Source: Felis catus (taxonomy: Eukaryota). From it: a stretch of 64,000 nt of DNA. Below are positions 14,170 to 25,899 of this stretch, in pieces. The first letter of the stretch is position 1; every line of letters starts with the position of its first letter. The position numbers and the translations under genes were made by a program. The stretch lies in the NCBI RefSeq assembly GCF_018350175.1, contig NC_058368.1, positions 188,792,001-188,856,000 of the forward strand, in the 5' to 3' direction. The notes beneath the pieces were generated by a model. That model saw only the letters and a list, made by a program, of their open reading frames with translations, ran no database searches and was not told the origin of the DNA.

Positions 14170-14770
14170 TTCACCATCATCTCTCACCCAGATTGCTACA
14201 GTAACTTCCTGGCTATCTCTTGGCCTCTAGCCTTGACCTTACTCCGTCTGTTACCTACACAGCAGCTAGAATGATCTTTTTACAACCCTTCTGACTTCAC
14301 TCTTTTGCTGTCATTTGGATGACCTGGCTCCTCATTGTCCCAGAGATAAAAGTCCAAGCTTTTTAGCATTGCATACAGTATTTTCCCTGGCCTCATTTCT
14401 CATACTCTCTTCCTTCCCTTGGACCCCCATCCACTGACACAAATTTGCCATGCACTCTGAGGTGGCTTTTGTCTTTGCACTTATTTTCCCCAGTAACTGG
14501 TAAGTCCTTCTTAGTTTCCTCTTTGCCTCAGCTTTCATCTGACTGCCTCTGACTTTTCCACAGGATTAAGTTCAGCATTACCTTCTCAAAGAAGCCTTTG
14601 CAGACCTACTCTCTTTCATGGTACTTTTCAACACTGCATGGTGATGGCTCACCATAAAGTTCTCCCCCATCAGTGAGCCCTTGAAGGCAGGGAACCTGTT
14701 ATTGTTGGGTATTACATTCCTATTTCTAAGTACTATGTCTGGTTTCAAGAAGAAAATCAATAAATGTTGA
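14170..14770 (+). mobile_element. LINE-2 3' fragment
   Basis: CACAGCAGCTAGAATGATCTTTT, GAGCCCTTGAAGGCAGGGA and terminal TCAATAAATGTTGAA. Confidence 0.7.
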
Positions 14771-14810
14771 AGGAAGGAAGGAAGGAAGGAAGGAAGGAAG
14801 GAAGAAAGGA

Positions 14811-14853
<43 letters not shown>

Positions 14854-14900
14854 GAAGGAAGGAAGGAAGAAAGGAAGAAAGAAAGGAAGAAAGAAAAGAA
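14769..14900. repeat. Compound (GGAA)n/(GAAA)n polypurine microsatellite
   Basis: ~130 bp pure purine run directly following the L2 tail. Confidence 0.95.
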
Positions 14901-16066
14901 GCCTGGACAAGAATTTTCACTCTTGTAAGTTGTGCAGAGAGAATGTTCTAATGTTCTTTGGCTACGTATTCTATGATATACTGTCTTTCGTTAATAGCTA
15001 GATAGGTGCCTTTTTATACTAAGATTTAACTTGGTATTTTTACAAAACAAGTGACCCAAGTACCACAGAAATCAGTTGACTGCTACTTTCTCTAGTAGCA
15101 CCTTTAAAAATACTGGTTCTCTGGTGGTGTTCCATGGTGGTTTCACTTCTCATGCTTTGTAATGTGTTTTGCACGTAGGCAGAAACCTGTAATCAGAAGA
15201 AGAGGTTGGTAAGTTGTTTTTTCAGGTGGAGAGAAAAGCCTTTGTCATGGATTTTAGAGTATTCTTTAAGCCTGAGTTATGGCGTGTCTTGGAGGTCAGT
15301 TCTAAAGATATACTTGCTATAATCTCATGTAAGAGATGACTTTCAAAGAAGCCTGTGCTGTCATTCTGTGAAAGTTAACAGCAAAGTATCATTGCAAATC
15401 TGTTGAAAAATGTTTGTTTTCTGTGGTAAACCTCTGAACATTTTTAAGACTCAAAAGTGGCGTGCAAGAGACCCTTTCTTTACAAATTCAAATCTGGTGG
15501 AATACCATAATTGTCCAGTGGTGAAACAAACATTCAGGATAATGTTCTTCAGCGAATATCATTCATTCCTGGACCTCCACAGTCTGCAAGTGAAAATGCA
15601 AACTATAGGCCACCAAGAAGTTAACGAGACACATTATTACAGTCAAACTTTGTTGGCCAGAAGGCCAGGGAAATGGAGTGGTTTGTGAATTTTTTTCCAG
15701 CTTGCTGGTAGAAAAGTATTTCTTTGTCTTCTGTGGTAAATAATGGTCTGGCTATGGAGATGCTATGTAGGGGGTGCAGGATGTTGGGCTAGATATCTGT
15801 GAACTAACTGTTGGAAATCCCTGGGCTGCTTTCTTAAATTATGGAATTATGGGCCTCTTGAATAGAAAGGAACTTTACCATCTGATAGAACCTTATGCTT
15901 AAAGGAGTAGAAGGAGAGATCACAGAGATAAGCCAAGTGGTCCAAAGTCCCAGAGCGAGGAGATCTCACAGATAGGGTTTATGCCTGGTCCTGGGACTTC
16001 TGATTCATTGCCCTTTACCCTATACTGCAGATTCCTACATGGGCTTTAAAAAGTATGTGTTTCCCG

Positions 16067-16086
16067 CCCCCCCCCCCCCCCCCCCC
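16067..16086. repeat. C20 homopolymer
   Basis: Direct observation. Confidence 0.9.
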
Positions 16087-16931
16087 ACGATAAGGCCAGT
16101 TCAGAAAGCGATGCTGGTTAACTGAGGAGAGTAAATAGGATGTGACAAGTCATAGTCTGATAAAACAACACTTTGCTAGAGCGACACTCCAGTTTATAGC
16201 ACTGAGGTCCTCATCATTCTATAACCTCATAACAAAACATTTTCCTAGGGAGTGTGTGGACTCTGAGCTGCTGCTGTAATCATATTTGGCTCAAGGAAGC
16301 ACTTTTTCTGGCCAGCACAGTGCTGCTGCCTTTGAGACGGGGTATCTGGTCTGCAGTTGCCTCAGTCCCTGCCGGCCCCAGCAGCTTCGTTCCGTTAGAT
16401 TATGGGCCTGGTCTCTGAGGCGTTTGAATCAGGAGCTCTGAGATTCCCATGATCTATTGTCTTGTTCAGGGTCTACGGGAAAGTAGGCTGGAGATGCCCA
16501 TTTTGTTCTCAACACATTGGAGAAGGGGGCTACGTTTTGAGCATGGACTGGTTGCTGGCGATGTTGTTTACACACTTGGAAGCATACCGCCCCTCAAGCT
16601 GCTGCTGGCTTTATCAAATCACTCAAACCAAGCCCCGTGCTACCATCAACATTAGTCCAAATCTGTCACAACTGGCAACCTTCAGCATTTGTATGAAAAG
16701 ATGGTTAATCGGTCTGTGCATCGGCACAGATGCAAGGCAAAAGCAAATAAGATTAGTGCATTTGTGCCACTAACCGCTCAGGTTTATACAAAAGATACCA
16801 CGGTTTTCCTGCTCCATCTGGAAAAAGACTTTCTAGGATTTAGGGTTTTCGTTTTTCTCTCTTCTTAAAAAAGTCATCTCCCTCTCTCTCAGAAACTTAC
16901 ACCAAAAAAAAAAAGAAAAAAAAGATTATTT

Positions 16932-17158
16932 AAAAAAAATTTTTTTTAAATGTTTATTTATTCTTGAGAGAAAGAGAGAGAGAGAGTGTGTGTGAGTGGG
17001 AGAAGGGCAGAGAGAGAGGGAGACACAGAATCTGAAGCTCGCTGCAGGCTCTGAGCTGTCAGCACAGAGCCCAACACGGGGCTCAAACCCACAAACTGTG
17101 AGATCATGATCTGAGCCCAAGTTGGATGTTTAACGGACTGAGGCACCCAGGAGCCCCC
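16932..17158 (-). mobile_element. Feline Can-SINE (SINEC_Fc-like), full length with TSD
   Basis: tRNA-derived head, GAGACACAGAATCTGAAG...GAGCTGTCAGCACAGAGCC body, (GA)n and T tail; TSD AAAAGATTATTT at 16920-16931 and 17159-17170. Confidence 0.95.
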
Positions 17159-17254
17159 AAAAGATTATTTTTATAAATAGAAATGACCTCCACAGATGGG
17201 AGTTTTACAGGGTGGTAGGTGGCAAGCATGTCATTTATCTCTTGCTCCTATATA

Positions 17255-17480
17255 TTTTTTTAAATGTTTTTTGGAAAAGCTTATTTATTATTTTGAGAGA
17301 GACAGAGAGAGTGCTAGCAGGGTGGGTGGGGGGAGGGTGGCAGACAGGGAGAATCTCAAGCAGGCTCAGCCCTGTCGGCACGGAGCCCAACGAAGGGTTC
17401 AGTCTCACAAACCATGAGATCATGACCTGAGCTGAAATCAAGAGTTGGACGCTCAAATGACTGAGCCATCCAGGTGCCCC
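17255..17480 (-). mobile_element. Can-SINE (older feliform subfamily)
   Basis: GAGATCATGACCTGAGCTGAAATCAAGAGTTGGACGCTC...GAGCCATCCAGGTGCCCC. Confidence 0.9.
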
Positions 17481-17511
17481 TAAAATAATTTTTTTAAATT
17501 AAAAGAGTGAC

Positions 17512-17719
17512 GGGGGGCTCCTGGGTGGCTCAGTCGGTTAAGCCTTCAACTTCAACTCAGAGCATGATCTCATAGTTCATGAGTTTGAGCCCCACATTGA
17601 GCTCTGTGCTGACAGCTCAGAGCCTGGAGCCTGCTTCTGATTCTGTGTCTCCCTCTCCCTCTGCCCCTTCCCCACTTTTACTCTGTCTCTCTCAAAAATA
17701 AATAAACATTAAAAAAAAT
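17512..17719 (+). mobile_element. Feline Can-SINE (SINEC_Fc-like), full length with TSD
   Basis: GGGGCTCCTGGGTGGCTCAGTCGGTTAAG head, AATAAA and A tail; 17-bp TSD TAAATTAAA(A/G)GAGTGAC at 17495-17511 and 17720-17736. Confidence 0.95.
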
Positions 17720-18332
17720 TAAATTAAAGGAGTGACATTTATTTCTGTAGAAAATTTGAGAGAATACACACAAGGAAACAAAAATTATTTTTATCCAAAT
17801 ACATGAAAAAATATCTTTTAACATTTTCTGTATTATTTCAGAATATTTTCTATGTATGTATTAAAACTATGTATTTAGGAAATTGAATTGTACTGATTAG
17901 TTTCTTGCTTTTTAAAGTTAATATATTGTGTATAATTTAATGTATCTCATAACTTTAAAAAATAATTGCACAGCATTACATCCTATGGATAGAACTTCTT
18001 TAACCATCCCCCTGTTGTGGAATACTTAGCCTGTTTTTGGTATTTTTGTGCTTGTTAAAATGGAACAATGAGCCACCTTGTACGTAAATATTTGGGTTGC
18101 AATTTGATTTTTTCTTCTTTAGGTGAAATTCCTTGAAGTGTAATCTTTGAATGAAAGGATATGAATACTTTTATGCCTTCTGGTGCATGTTACTAAATTT
18201 TCCTCTAGAAAAGTTTTACCTATTTATACTCCCACCACCATTTTAAGAGAATTCAGTCTATGGGCATCCTCAACAGACCTCACTTAAAAATTTTTGTCAA
18301 CTTAGTAAACTAAAGAATGCTATTTACTTCCT

Positions 18333-18551
18333 TTTTTATTTTTTATTTTTTTTGAGAGAGTGAGAGAGGGTGTATGTGTTCTGGAAGGGTAGGGGCAGAG
18401 GGAGAGGGAGAGAGAGTCCCAGGTAAGCTCCACACCTAGTACCAAGCCAAGGCAGGGCTGGATCTCAGGGCCCTGAGATCAGGACCTGAGCTGAAATCAA
18501 GAGTCACATAGATGCTCCACCAGTTCACCAACTGAGCCACCCAGGCACCCT
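18333..18551 (-). mobile_element. Can-SINE with TSD
   Basis: CTGAGATCAGGACCTGAGCTGAAATCAAGAGTC...ACTGAGCCACCCAGGCACCC; TSD TATTTACTTCCT at 18321-18332 and 18552-18563. Confidence 0.9.
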
Positions 18552-18739
18552 TATTTACTTCCTATCTTTTTTGCGTTTTGTACTTAATACTGAGGTTGAA
18601 TATCTTTCTTTATGTTTTTTGTCATATTTGTGAATTGCCTCTTCATTTTCTCCTTTTCTTTCTTTTTTTTTCTCATGGATTTTTTCTTAGGTTTAAAAAT
18701 AATAATCATTTATTATTTATAGGACTTCAAGAACAGTGA

Positions 18740-18903
18740 TTGTCATCTGAAGGCTTGACTGGGGCTGGAGATCTGCTTCCAAGATGTAGCACTCATAGGG
18801 CTGTTGGTGGCAGACCTCAGTCTTTTGCTACATAGCCTTTTCTAAGGTTGCTTAAGTGTTTTCATGCCATTTAGAATATGCGAACATATTTTAAAACCAC
18901 CAT
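18740..18903 (-). mobile_element. MaLR LTR fragment (MLT1F/G-like)
   Basis: GTCATCTGAAGGCTTGACTGGGGCTGGAG...TTCCAAGATG and terminal ACATATTTTAAAACCACCA. Confidence 0.6.
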
Positions 18904-19203
18904 AGAATAGAAAAAAAAATAAAACCACCATAGAGCTTACCTTTTTTTTTTTCTTTTTTTTTTGGTAATGTATCTTTCAAATATTTTCCTCCAGTTTGTT
19001 ATTGGTTCCCCAATCTTAATTTTTTTCATATTCAGATTTAAAATCATATTTAAGTTTATTAATTATATTCTTTAAGTCTATTAATCATATTCTTTTTAAA
19101 ATCTTAAAATGCTTCCATGCTGGTTGGTAAATAGCTGCTGCCCTAAGCCTCCATTCTTTCCTTCCCCCTCGGTTCAGACACTTCTTCTTTTTCCTTTCCT
19201 CCC

Positions 19204-19711
19204 CTAGTTTTATTGAGAAATAATTAGCATACATCACTGCAAAAGGTTCAGTCATACAGCATGATAGTTTGATCTACATATATTGTAAAATGATTACCGC
19301 AGTAGGTTCAGCTAACATCTATCTTCTCACATAGCTACAATAAAAAGAAAAGAAAACAAATTTTCTTCTTGTGACAAGTACTGTTAGGATTTACTCTTTA
19401 ATGATTTGCCCATCTACCATACAGGAGTGTTAGCTTTGTCATCATGTTGTGGATTACATCTCTCGTACTTACTTATAATTGAAAGTTTGTTCATTTCCAC
19501 CATGGCTCCCCATTTCCACCTCCCCCTATCCCCCACCTCTGGTAATCAGAGTCTGATCTCTTTTTCTATGAGTTTGTTTGTTTGTTTTTAAGAGTCCACA
19601 TATAAGTGAGATCATATGTATTTGTCTCTCTCTATTTCACTTAGCATAAGGTCTTCAAAGTCCACCTGTGTTGTCACAAATGGTATAATCTCCTTGTTTT
19701 TTATGGTTGAA
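19204..19711 (-). mobile_element. L1 3' end (L1MA9/L1_Carn-like)
   Basis: TTTTATTGAGAAATAATT...ATATATTGTAAAATGATTACC...TCCACATATAAGTGAGATCAT...TTTCACTTAGCATAA. Confidence 0.85.
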
Positions 19712-22281
19712 AAGATCCTTCTTTATCCATTAAGAGGAGGGTACACCAAAAAAGGTGGGTGTGATGCCCCCCAGACTAGAGCTCTGGCGCCAATGTGGGT
19801 GTCAGTTTTGCTATTTTGAGTATCAACCCTAAGGACATATAGGCACATGCTTCTTATTTTGTTCCATTGATTAGTCTGTCTGGGCTGATCTCCTTACTGC
19901 AAAATTTAAATTTCTGTACCTGTATAATGCTTTAATATTATAACGCCCTTCAATTTTCATAACAATTATTGTTTATTTATTCTTGTATATAAACTTATGG
20001 AGTCATTTTTTAGGTTAAAATAATTATTTTAAGAACCAAACAAAGTTATATTAAAGTCTGAAGAAGCTGACATCTATACTATATTAAGCCTTCGTACATT
20101 GAATGAATATATGTGGAGATAACATCTTCATTTATTCAAGTCTTTAATATCCTTAAGTAGAGTTTTTATTTTTATTTTTTGGTTGCACTTATTCCTGTTT
20201 ATGTTATCATTTTTTAAATCTTTTTTTGCTTTTGGAAATAGCATTTTTTCTAAAAAATAGGTAAAACGGTTATTACTGTTCTTTATTGTTCACATAAGTT
20301 AATTATTCAGGAATCCTTTAAGATTTTTTTTCAATGAGAGCAATAATTTTCAGAAAATGAAAATTTACTAACCTCCTTTAAAGAATTCCTCTTCTCCCTA
20401 GGATTTCAAATTACCTTGATATGATTCACAAAAATTCTGGTCGCTTACATTGTATAAATAATCAGTTCAAAGTGATCAGGACAGCTTGAGTGATGTGGGA
20501 ATCACATGGGCCAGTTTACTATTGACATCCAAAATACCCGCCTTTAAATTTCCTGTTTCTGAATGTTTCTGCTTGAAATCTCTCCTGGTTTAAAATGCAA
20601 ATAGCACAGGGCATTGAACCTGGGGAGTGTTGTTAAGTTTGAATGGGATGGGTTGAAAACAGCGTTTCTGGTTTTATAAGATTCTCTCATCTGGATCCGA
20701 AGCTTGTTCCAGGGAATACCAGGCCTTTCCCCCCCTATGTTATAAAAATGATTGGGTGACTGTTAGCAAAGCAATAATACCAGTGGGATGTGTATATTAA
20801 CCTGTCTGTGGGGGGAAAATGCTGAGAGCAACAGGCCTATAATTTAGGTAATAGCGTTAGTCTATGAAAAACATGCTGCTTTTGCCTTGATGCTAATCAG
20901 GAAACCATCAGACAGTCTTCCCTCACTGAGCAAGGGCAGGGCGGGAAGGAAGTCAGCTGTCATCATGTTTTTGAAGAAGAAAAAAATGAGAGGTGAACTG
21001 AACTCTGTGATAGGAACCTCACTCTAAAGCCGCTTCCTGAATCTAAAGGTGTGGTAGTCCAATCAGCAGCACAAATTGGAGGCATCTGATTTGCATGGAT
21101 TAACAGGAGTGGGTCACAACCTTCTGACAGGTCAATGGCACCACTGGGGATTTGAAGAAAACTTTGATTCTTCCTCTTTTCCCCCTCTACCGTGAAGCAA
21201 TCATGCTGTTCTATTGTAAAAGAGGATCCCTTACTTATAAAGCCAAGCTTGTCATTTAAATTCACCCAAGTTAGGACACCACGGAGCTCTGTCAGATGTC
21301 AGTCTCAATACAGCAGGAGAATGTTTTTCAACAGCTTTCTAACCCCTTTGCCTGGAAACACAGAGGCCTGGATAAAGGGGGAGGGGCAGCTGACTGGGGC
21401 TTGGAGGATTTTTACAAAGGCAAGATTGGAATTTTTCATTTAAGGCAGGTTTTCTTTTTCTTTGCTTTTTCTTCTTCTTATTTTTTCCTTTAAGCCTTGT
21501 GTAAAAGATATTTCCACAAAAGGGGGATGAAAAAAATCAGATTGGTTGTAAAGACTCCTTCATTTGAGGGTCTCCTTGGAGGCATTTAAGCCTGAGAGTG
21601 ATGTTGGTATTTTTCTGCATCAGAGGTGATGGCTGTTTGCCAGTCACTTCCCTTGAAAAATATTGTTTGGCTTTAAGGTAACTATGAAATGTTTGGCAGA
21701 GGAACCATCCGTGGCAGAATATGGACAAAGAGAAATGGAGATTTTCCGATTAAGCCTTCTAGGCCCCTGGTGCCCAACCCAATCAAAATAAGAGGCACAT
21801 GCTATCAAACTGGGGCTCAATGTCCCTGAAGCACCTTCTGTCAGGGGGCTTCAGATGGTAGTTGTAAGAGTCAGGACGTGTTTTTTTTTTTTTTTTTTCC
21901 TTAAGCCCCGATTAACCAAATGCTCAGCAGACAATATGTTCTGAGAATTCCAAAGTACTCGCTTGCCACTTATTATTTTCTACATTTATCAGTCATTGTT
22001 TTTTCAGCCTGCCCAAAGGCCAGATATTGTGCCAGGCCTGGGGGACCCAACTTGCAACAATACGGAATTGGTTCTTGCCCCCTTGGGACTTCCTGTTTAG
22101 GTCTGCCTTATCAATACTTTCCTTATGTGTCTTGATCTTCGCAATTTGAATTCCTGGCCCTTGATGGAAATGTCTGTATCTCATACTTTCTTGCATCAAC
22201 CATCATGCGTAGCATTGCAGTTCCTCACGGAAGGTTTGGTAAAAACTTCTCTAGTTTGATCAGCTGTTTGTGTAATGTTTA

Positions 22282-22405
22282 AAGCCTCGGTTTCCTCATC
22301 TGTAAAACAGGGATAATAAAACCTACCCCACAGGGCGCTTATGAAGAATAAATGACATAATGCATGTAAAGCGCTCAGCAGAGGGCATGGCGCGGGGTGC
22401 TCATG
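22282..22405 (+). mobile_element. MIR SINE (core and 3' part)
   Basis: GCCTCGGTTTCCTCATCTGTAAAA...GCATGTAAAGCGCTCAG. Confidence 0.85.
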
Positions 22406-22640
22406 TATTTGGGAGATGTGCGTATTTTTAATCAGTAGAAGGTTAGTGAGAGTGTGTGCTGTTCGTGGTAATTCCATTGCAATCTTTCTACAAGATTTTA
22501 CCCTCTTCTTCTTTTAGTAGGGCATTATCTCTTTCAAAGAATCAATGATTATTTGGATGCTTGAAAAATACCTTGGAAGATCCTAAGGTCATGATTTGAG
22601 ACAAATTGTCAATGGTTGTTGTCGATGACATACCTAAAAG

Positions 22641-22673
<33 letters not shown>

Positions 22674-22696
22674 GGTGTGCGTGCGTGCGCGTGTGC
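22641..22696. repeat. Compound (GT)n/(GGGT)n/(GTGC)n microsatellite
   Basis: Direct observation. Confidence 0.9.
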
Positions 22697-23164
22697 GAAT
22701 TTTAAGGTAAAAGTCCTGTGATTAAGCTTCCAGTCAAAATTCCAGTTTTGAACTCCCATAGGGAAAAACCTCTTGAACTTTTTTCTCATGTGTTCTCTTC
22801 CTTTTAATGGCATGGTTGTGCTTTCAGAGGTAGGTGTCCTCATTCTCCTCTTGGTGCAAACATGCAGAGACCATGAGGCTGCGCTCAGTGAAAGGAACAT
22901 AGAATTTGTCCTGGGAAGGCCTGTGAGGTACTATGGCCATACTCCCTCCAAAATAGCAGCCTCACTGGCAGAATAGTAGGTAGATTGGAACATCTGTGTT
23001 GGAGTACCAACCACCGAGGTTCAAGTCTCAGCTTGGTCACTCATTATTTTTGTGACCTTGGGCATGTTTGTAAATGTTAAACGCACACACATATGTACCT
23101 AAATATTTGTATTTATTTCTTTATTAACTTATTTCAGTGATTTGTTGTGTGAATGAATGAATGA

Positions 23165-23400
23165 ATGACCATTGTGGCTACTTTTATTCTTCCTTCACTA
23201 ATGCCACTGCTCAGTGTGTTTTCCCAGCTTCTCTTCCTCTCAGTTGCTTGTTGAACTTGCAACACTTTCTTCTGAGTGTTCTCAGTGGTAGCACACTTCC
23301 ACTCTTTGAGGGTTGTTCTGAGATTTGGAAAGAGCCAGCAGTAATTTGGTGCCAAGGCTGGTGTAAAACATCAGCCTATTAAAGGCCATTTTGGATCAGA
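23165..23400 (-). mobile_element. Mariner DNA transposon fossil (MARNA-like), transposase C-terminus
   Basis: Minus strand reads FTPALAPNYCWLFPNLRTTLKEWKCATTENTQKKVLQ, resembling the mariner YSPDLAPxDFWLFPxxKxxLKGRRF region. Confidence 0.7.
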
Positions 23401-23624
23401 AACGATGTGTGCCTGTAAGGAAAGTCTGCTCAGGTGAACTCAGATCTCTGCTTGGATTCAGTGACGTGCCGCACATGCTCTCAAGCAGAGTGTCCCAAAG
23501 CGACAGACTGGGATGGGGTAGAATCTGTTTTGATGTGAGCTCTACTTTGTTTAAAAAGCAGTCGCACTTTCAATCTCAGTCTGGCTTCTGTGTCCTGGAA
23601 AGAGAGGGAGAGAGCTCTGGATCT

Positions 23625-23745
23625 TAGCGATATGAAAAGCAGAGTGCTAAAACCCCAGGCTGTTGAGTTACCCTGGGTTTGAATCCTGCCTCTGCCACCT
23701 CCTAGCTATAAAGTCTAAGGCTTAGTACTTAAATCTTCTACTCTG
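23625..23745 (+). mobile_element. MIR SINE 5' part
   Basis: CCTGGGTTTGAATCCTGCCTCTGCCACCTCCTAGCT. Confidence 0.7.
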
Positions 23746-25899
23746 CTCTTCCTTCTTTGTAATTTTTTATGTCCCCCTGAGGACTGCAGGAAAAACTGCT
23801 TGGCACATAATACTCCATGTTAAGATTCAGGATTATTCCCCCGTTTTATATTATTTTAGTTTCCTTTTCACATATACTCAGACTTCTAACATTCCGTGGC
23901 TCCTAAAGCCCTAGAAATAATGATCTGAGAAATAAATTCACAGGAAGCATTATTACCTTGGACTCTTATTCCTTTTACCCTTTCCATGAGTATCTATACT
24001 TAAAAGATGGTGTCTAGTAAGGGCAGTGCCTCAGTGAGAGTAATATGCTTCTAATTTTAGCATCTCAGGCATAGCGAGGCTGGCATTTGAGGTCAGGAAG
24101 GCCAGGGACCACACCACGTCCACACTGCTACCAGATTCCACTGGTTGACAGGAAGGTTACACTGCCTAGAATCCATCCCCCACTGCTCACCTGTCCTTAG
24201 GTTAGGAGCCAACACCAATGGGTGTTTTCTGTTGCCTACAGAGGCATTATTAAGTAGGGGCGCCCCTAAGAACAATTCATCGCAAATGGGTGGCAACATT
24301 TGTTCTCATGGCACAACTTTCAAAAACAAATTAATTGTAAACCGGGTGCAATTTAATTCAGTTTGTCTGGATTCTGTGTTTGCAAGGCCTGGGAGTACAT
24401 TTGGCACCGTTGTTGACCCATTTGGATTTTAATGTTTTTGACAAGCTACAGCTTCCTTGGCCTGGGTAGACTGCCGACTGCCATCCTGTCACTTAACTGG
24501 CTTGTGCCGGGGTGACTCTCTAGCTTCGGGGTGGGTCTTCAGCCTACAACCCCTACCCCCCACCCCTAGCAGCCATGCATCCATCTACACATTTACTGAG
24601 ACGCTGGGAACTGTGAGCTGTGTACAGGATACCCTGAGAAAATGATGGTTAGTCGCACAGAAAAATTTACCTATTTGCATCAGCACAATAATACATAGGC
24701 ACATAAGACTTTCAGTTCCCCAAACCCAAGAAGTGGTTTAACAAGGTTATGTGAAGTTTGACATCCTGCTATACACATAAATGTAAAAGGGAGGTTGGGA
24801 AAAATACAGTAAAATCTCCCCTTTTGGGCAGAGCACTGTGCATATTTATTTTCCTAATTAAGGAAGGTGGCTTTTTTTCCCCTTTTTTAAAAAAAGCCTG
24901 TGGTTTCAGCATGCTCATGAAACTCAGTTCTAGAACCGTGGGTTAAATATCCAGCAAGGCACAGGCTACTCTCCTCTTTGACTCTTGGGCTCCTCAATAC
25001 TCATGGGCCTCTGCTACTGGTTCCTCTGCTCCCCCAGTGCCTTGAGAATCCCACTCCACGGCTCTCAAGCTGAGGTGGGCCTTAGCAAGCAGTGTGGTAG
25101 CAGACTAGTTAGGGAAAAAGAAGGAAACCAGGGGCAGCATCTTATCTTCCCAAACTGTGATTTGATCGTTCTCACCAAATCTTCCTCTCCTTCTCAGTCT
25201 CCCTCTGGAGGGGTGTGTATAATGGTTAATTTGCTGAGTTTAGGAGAATGAAACATCAAACGAACTGTCCTTACTGAGATTTGAATTTGTGACTCAGGGC
25301 ACTGACTTTTGTGAGAGAGGCCCAAGCTGTTCAGACCAGACAGATTTAAGCCCTCAGTCTCTGTGTTTCTGCTGCCTCTTCTCAGGCGGGACAATCGCTG
25401 CCATTTATTTATCTGTGAGACTTGCAAAACCATGGTCTGTCATAATGGGAAATAAAATGTGTTGGAATTAATATGAAGAAGAAAGGAGCAATTACAACTG
25501 CTTAAAACAGTCTTAAATATACTTAAGCAGAGGTTTGCCACGTAAACACACAATTAAAGCAGGAATTTGTGACGGATGCATAGATTTGAGGGTCCCAGAC
25601 ATACTGTTTACTGGGGTAGTTAGCAGATGGATAAGTCAACTGATCCCAGATGTGCAGCTTATAAATATAAACTCACGTCCTCCTAGTGATGTATATCTGC
25701 AAGTAGCACATATTACTTTCTCTGTAACTCTGGACTATTTGCTGGGGGTAACTTTGTAATACTCTCTTGCTTAAAAAATAAAACAAAAGGATTTTTAACC
25801 GGCTTCCTCTTTCAGAAGTGGTAACCAAATACCTAGAAAAGGGTACTTTTGTGCAGGAGTCCTTTTAAAGGACAGGTTTAAATAGGTTTACTTTTTTCT

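Larger units (their letters stand above)
17740..20400 (-). mobile_element. Ancient L1 (L1M/L1ME-like) remnant, interrupted by younger insertions
   Basis: Degenerate antisense ORF2-end phrases (TTAACCATCCCCCTGTTG, TTTATACTCCCACCA, GAGGTTGAATATCTTTT, TTTTGTTCCATTGAT), very T-rich. Confidence 0.6.

Noticed and set aside
16713..16730. TCTGTGC-ATCG-GCACAGA hairpin
   Set aside because: A 7-bp stem is within chance expectation
17512..17600. tRNA gene
   Set aside because: tRNA-like A/B boxes belong to the Can-SINE head and continue into the SINE body and A tail
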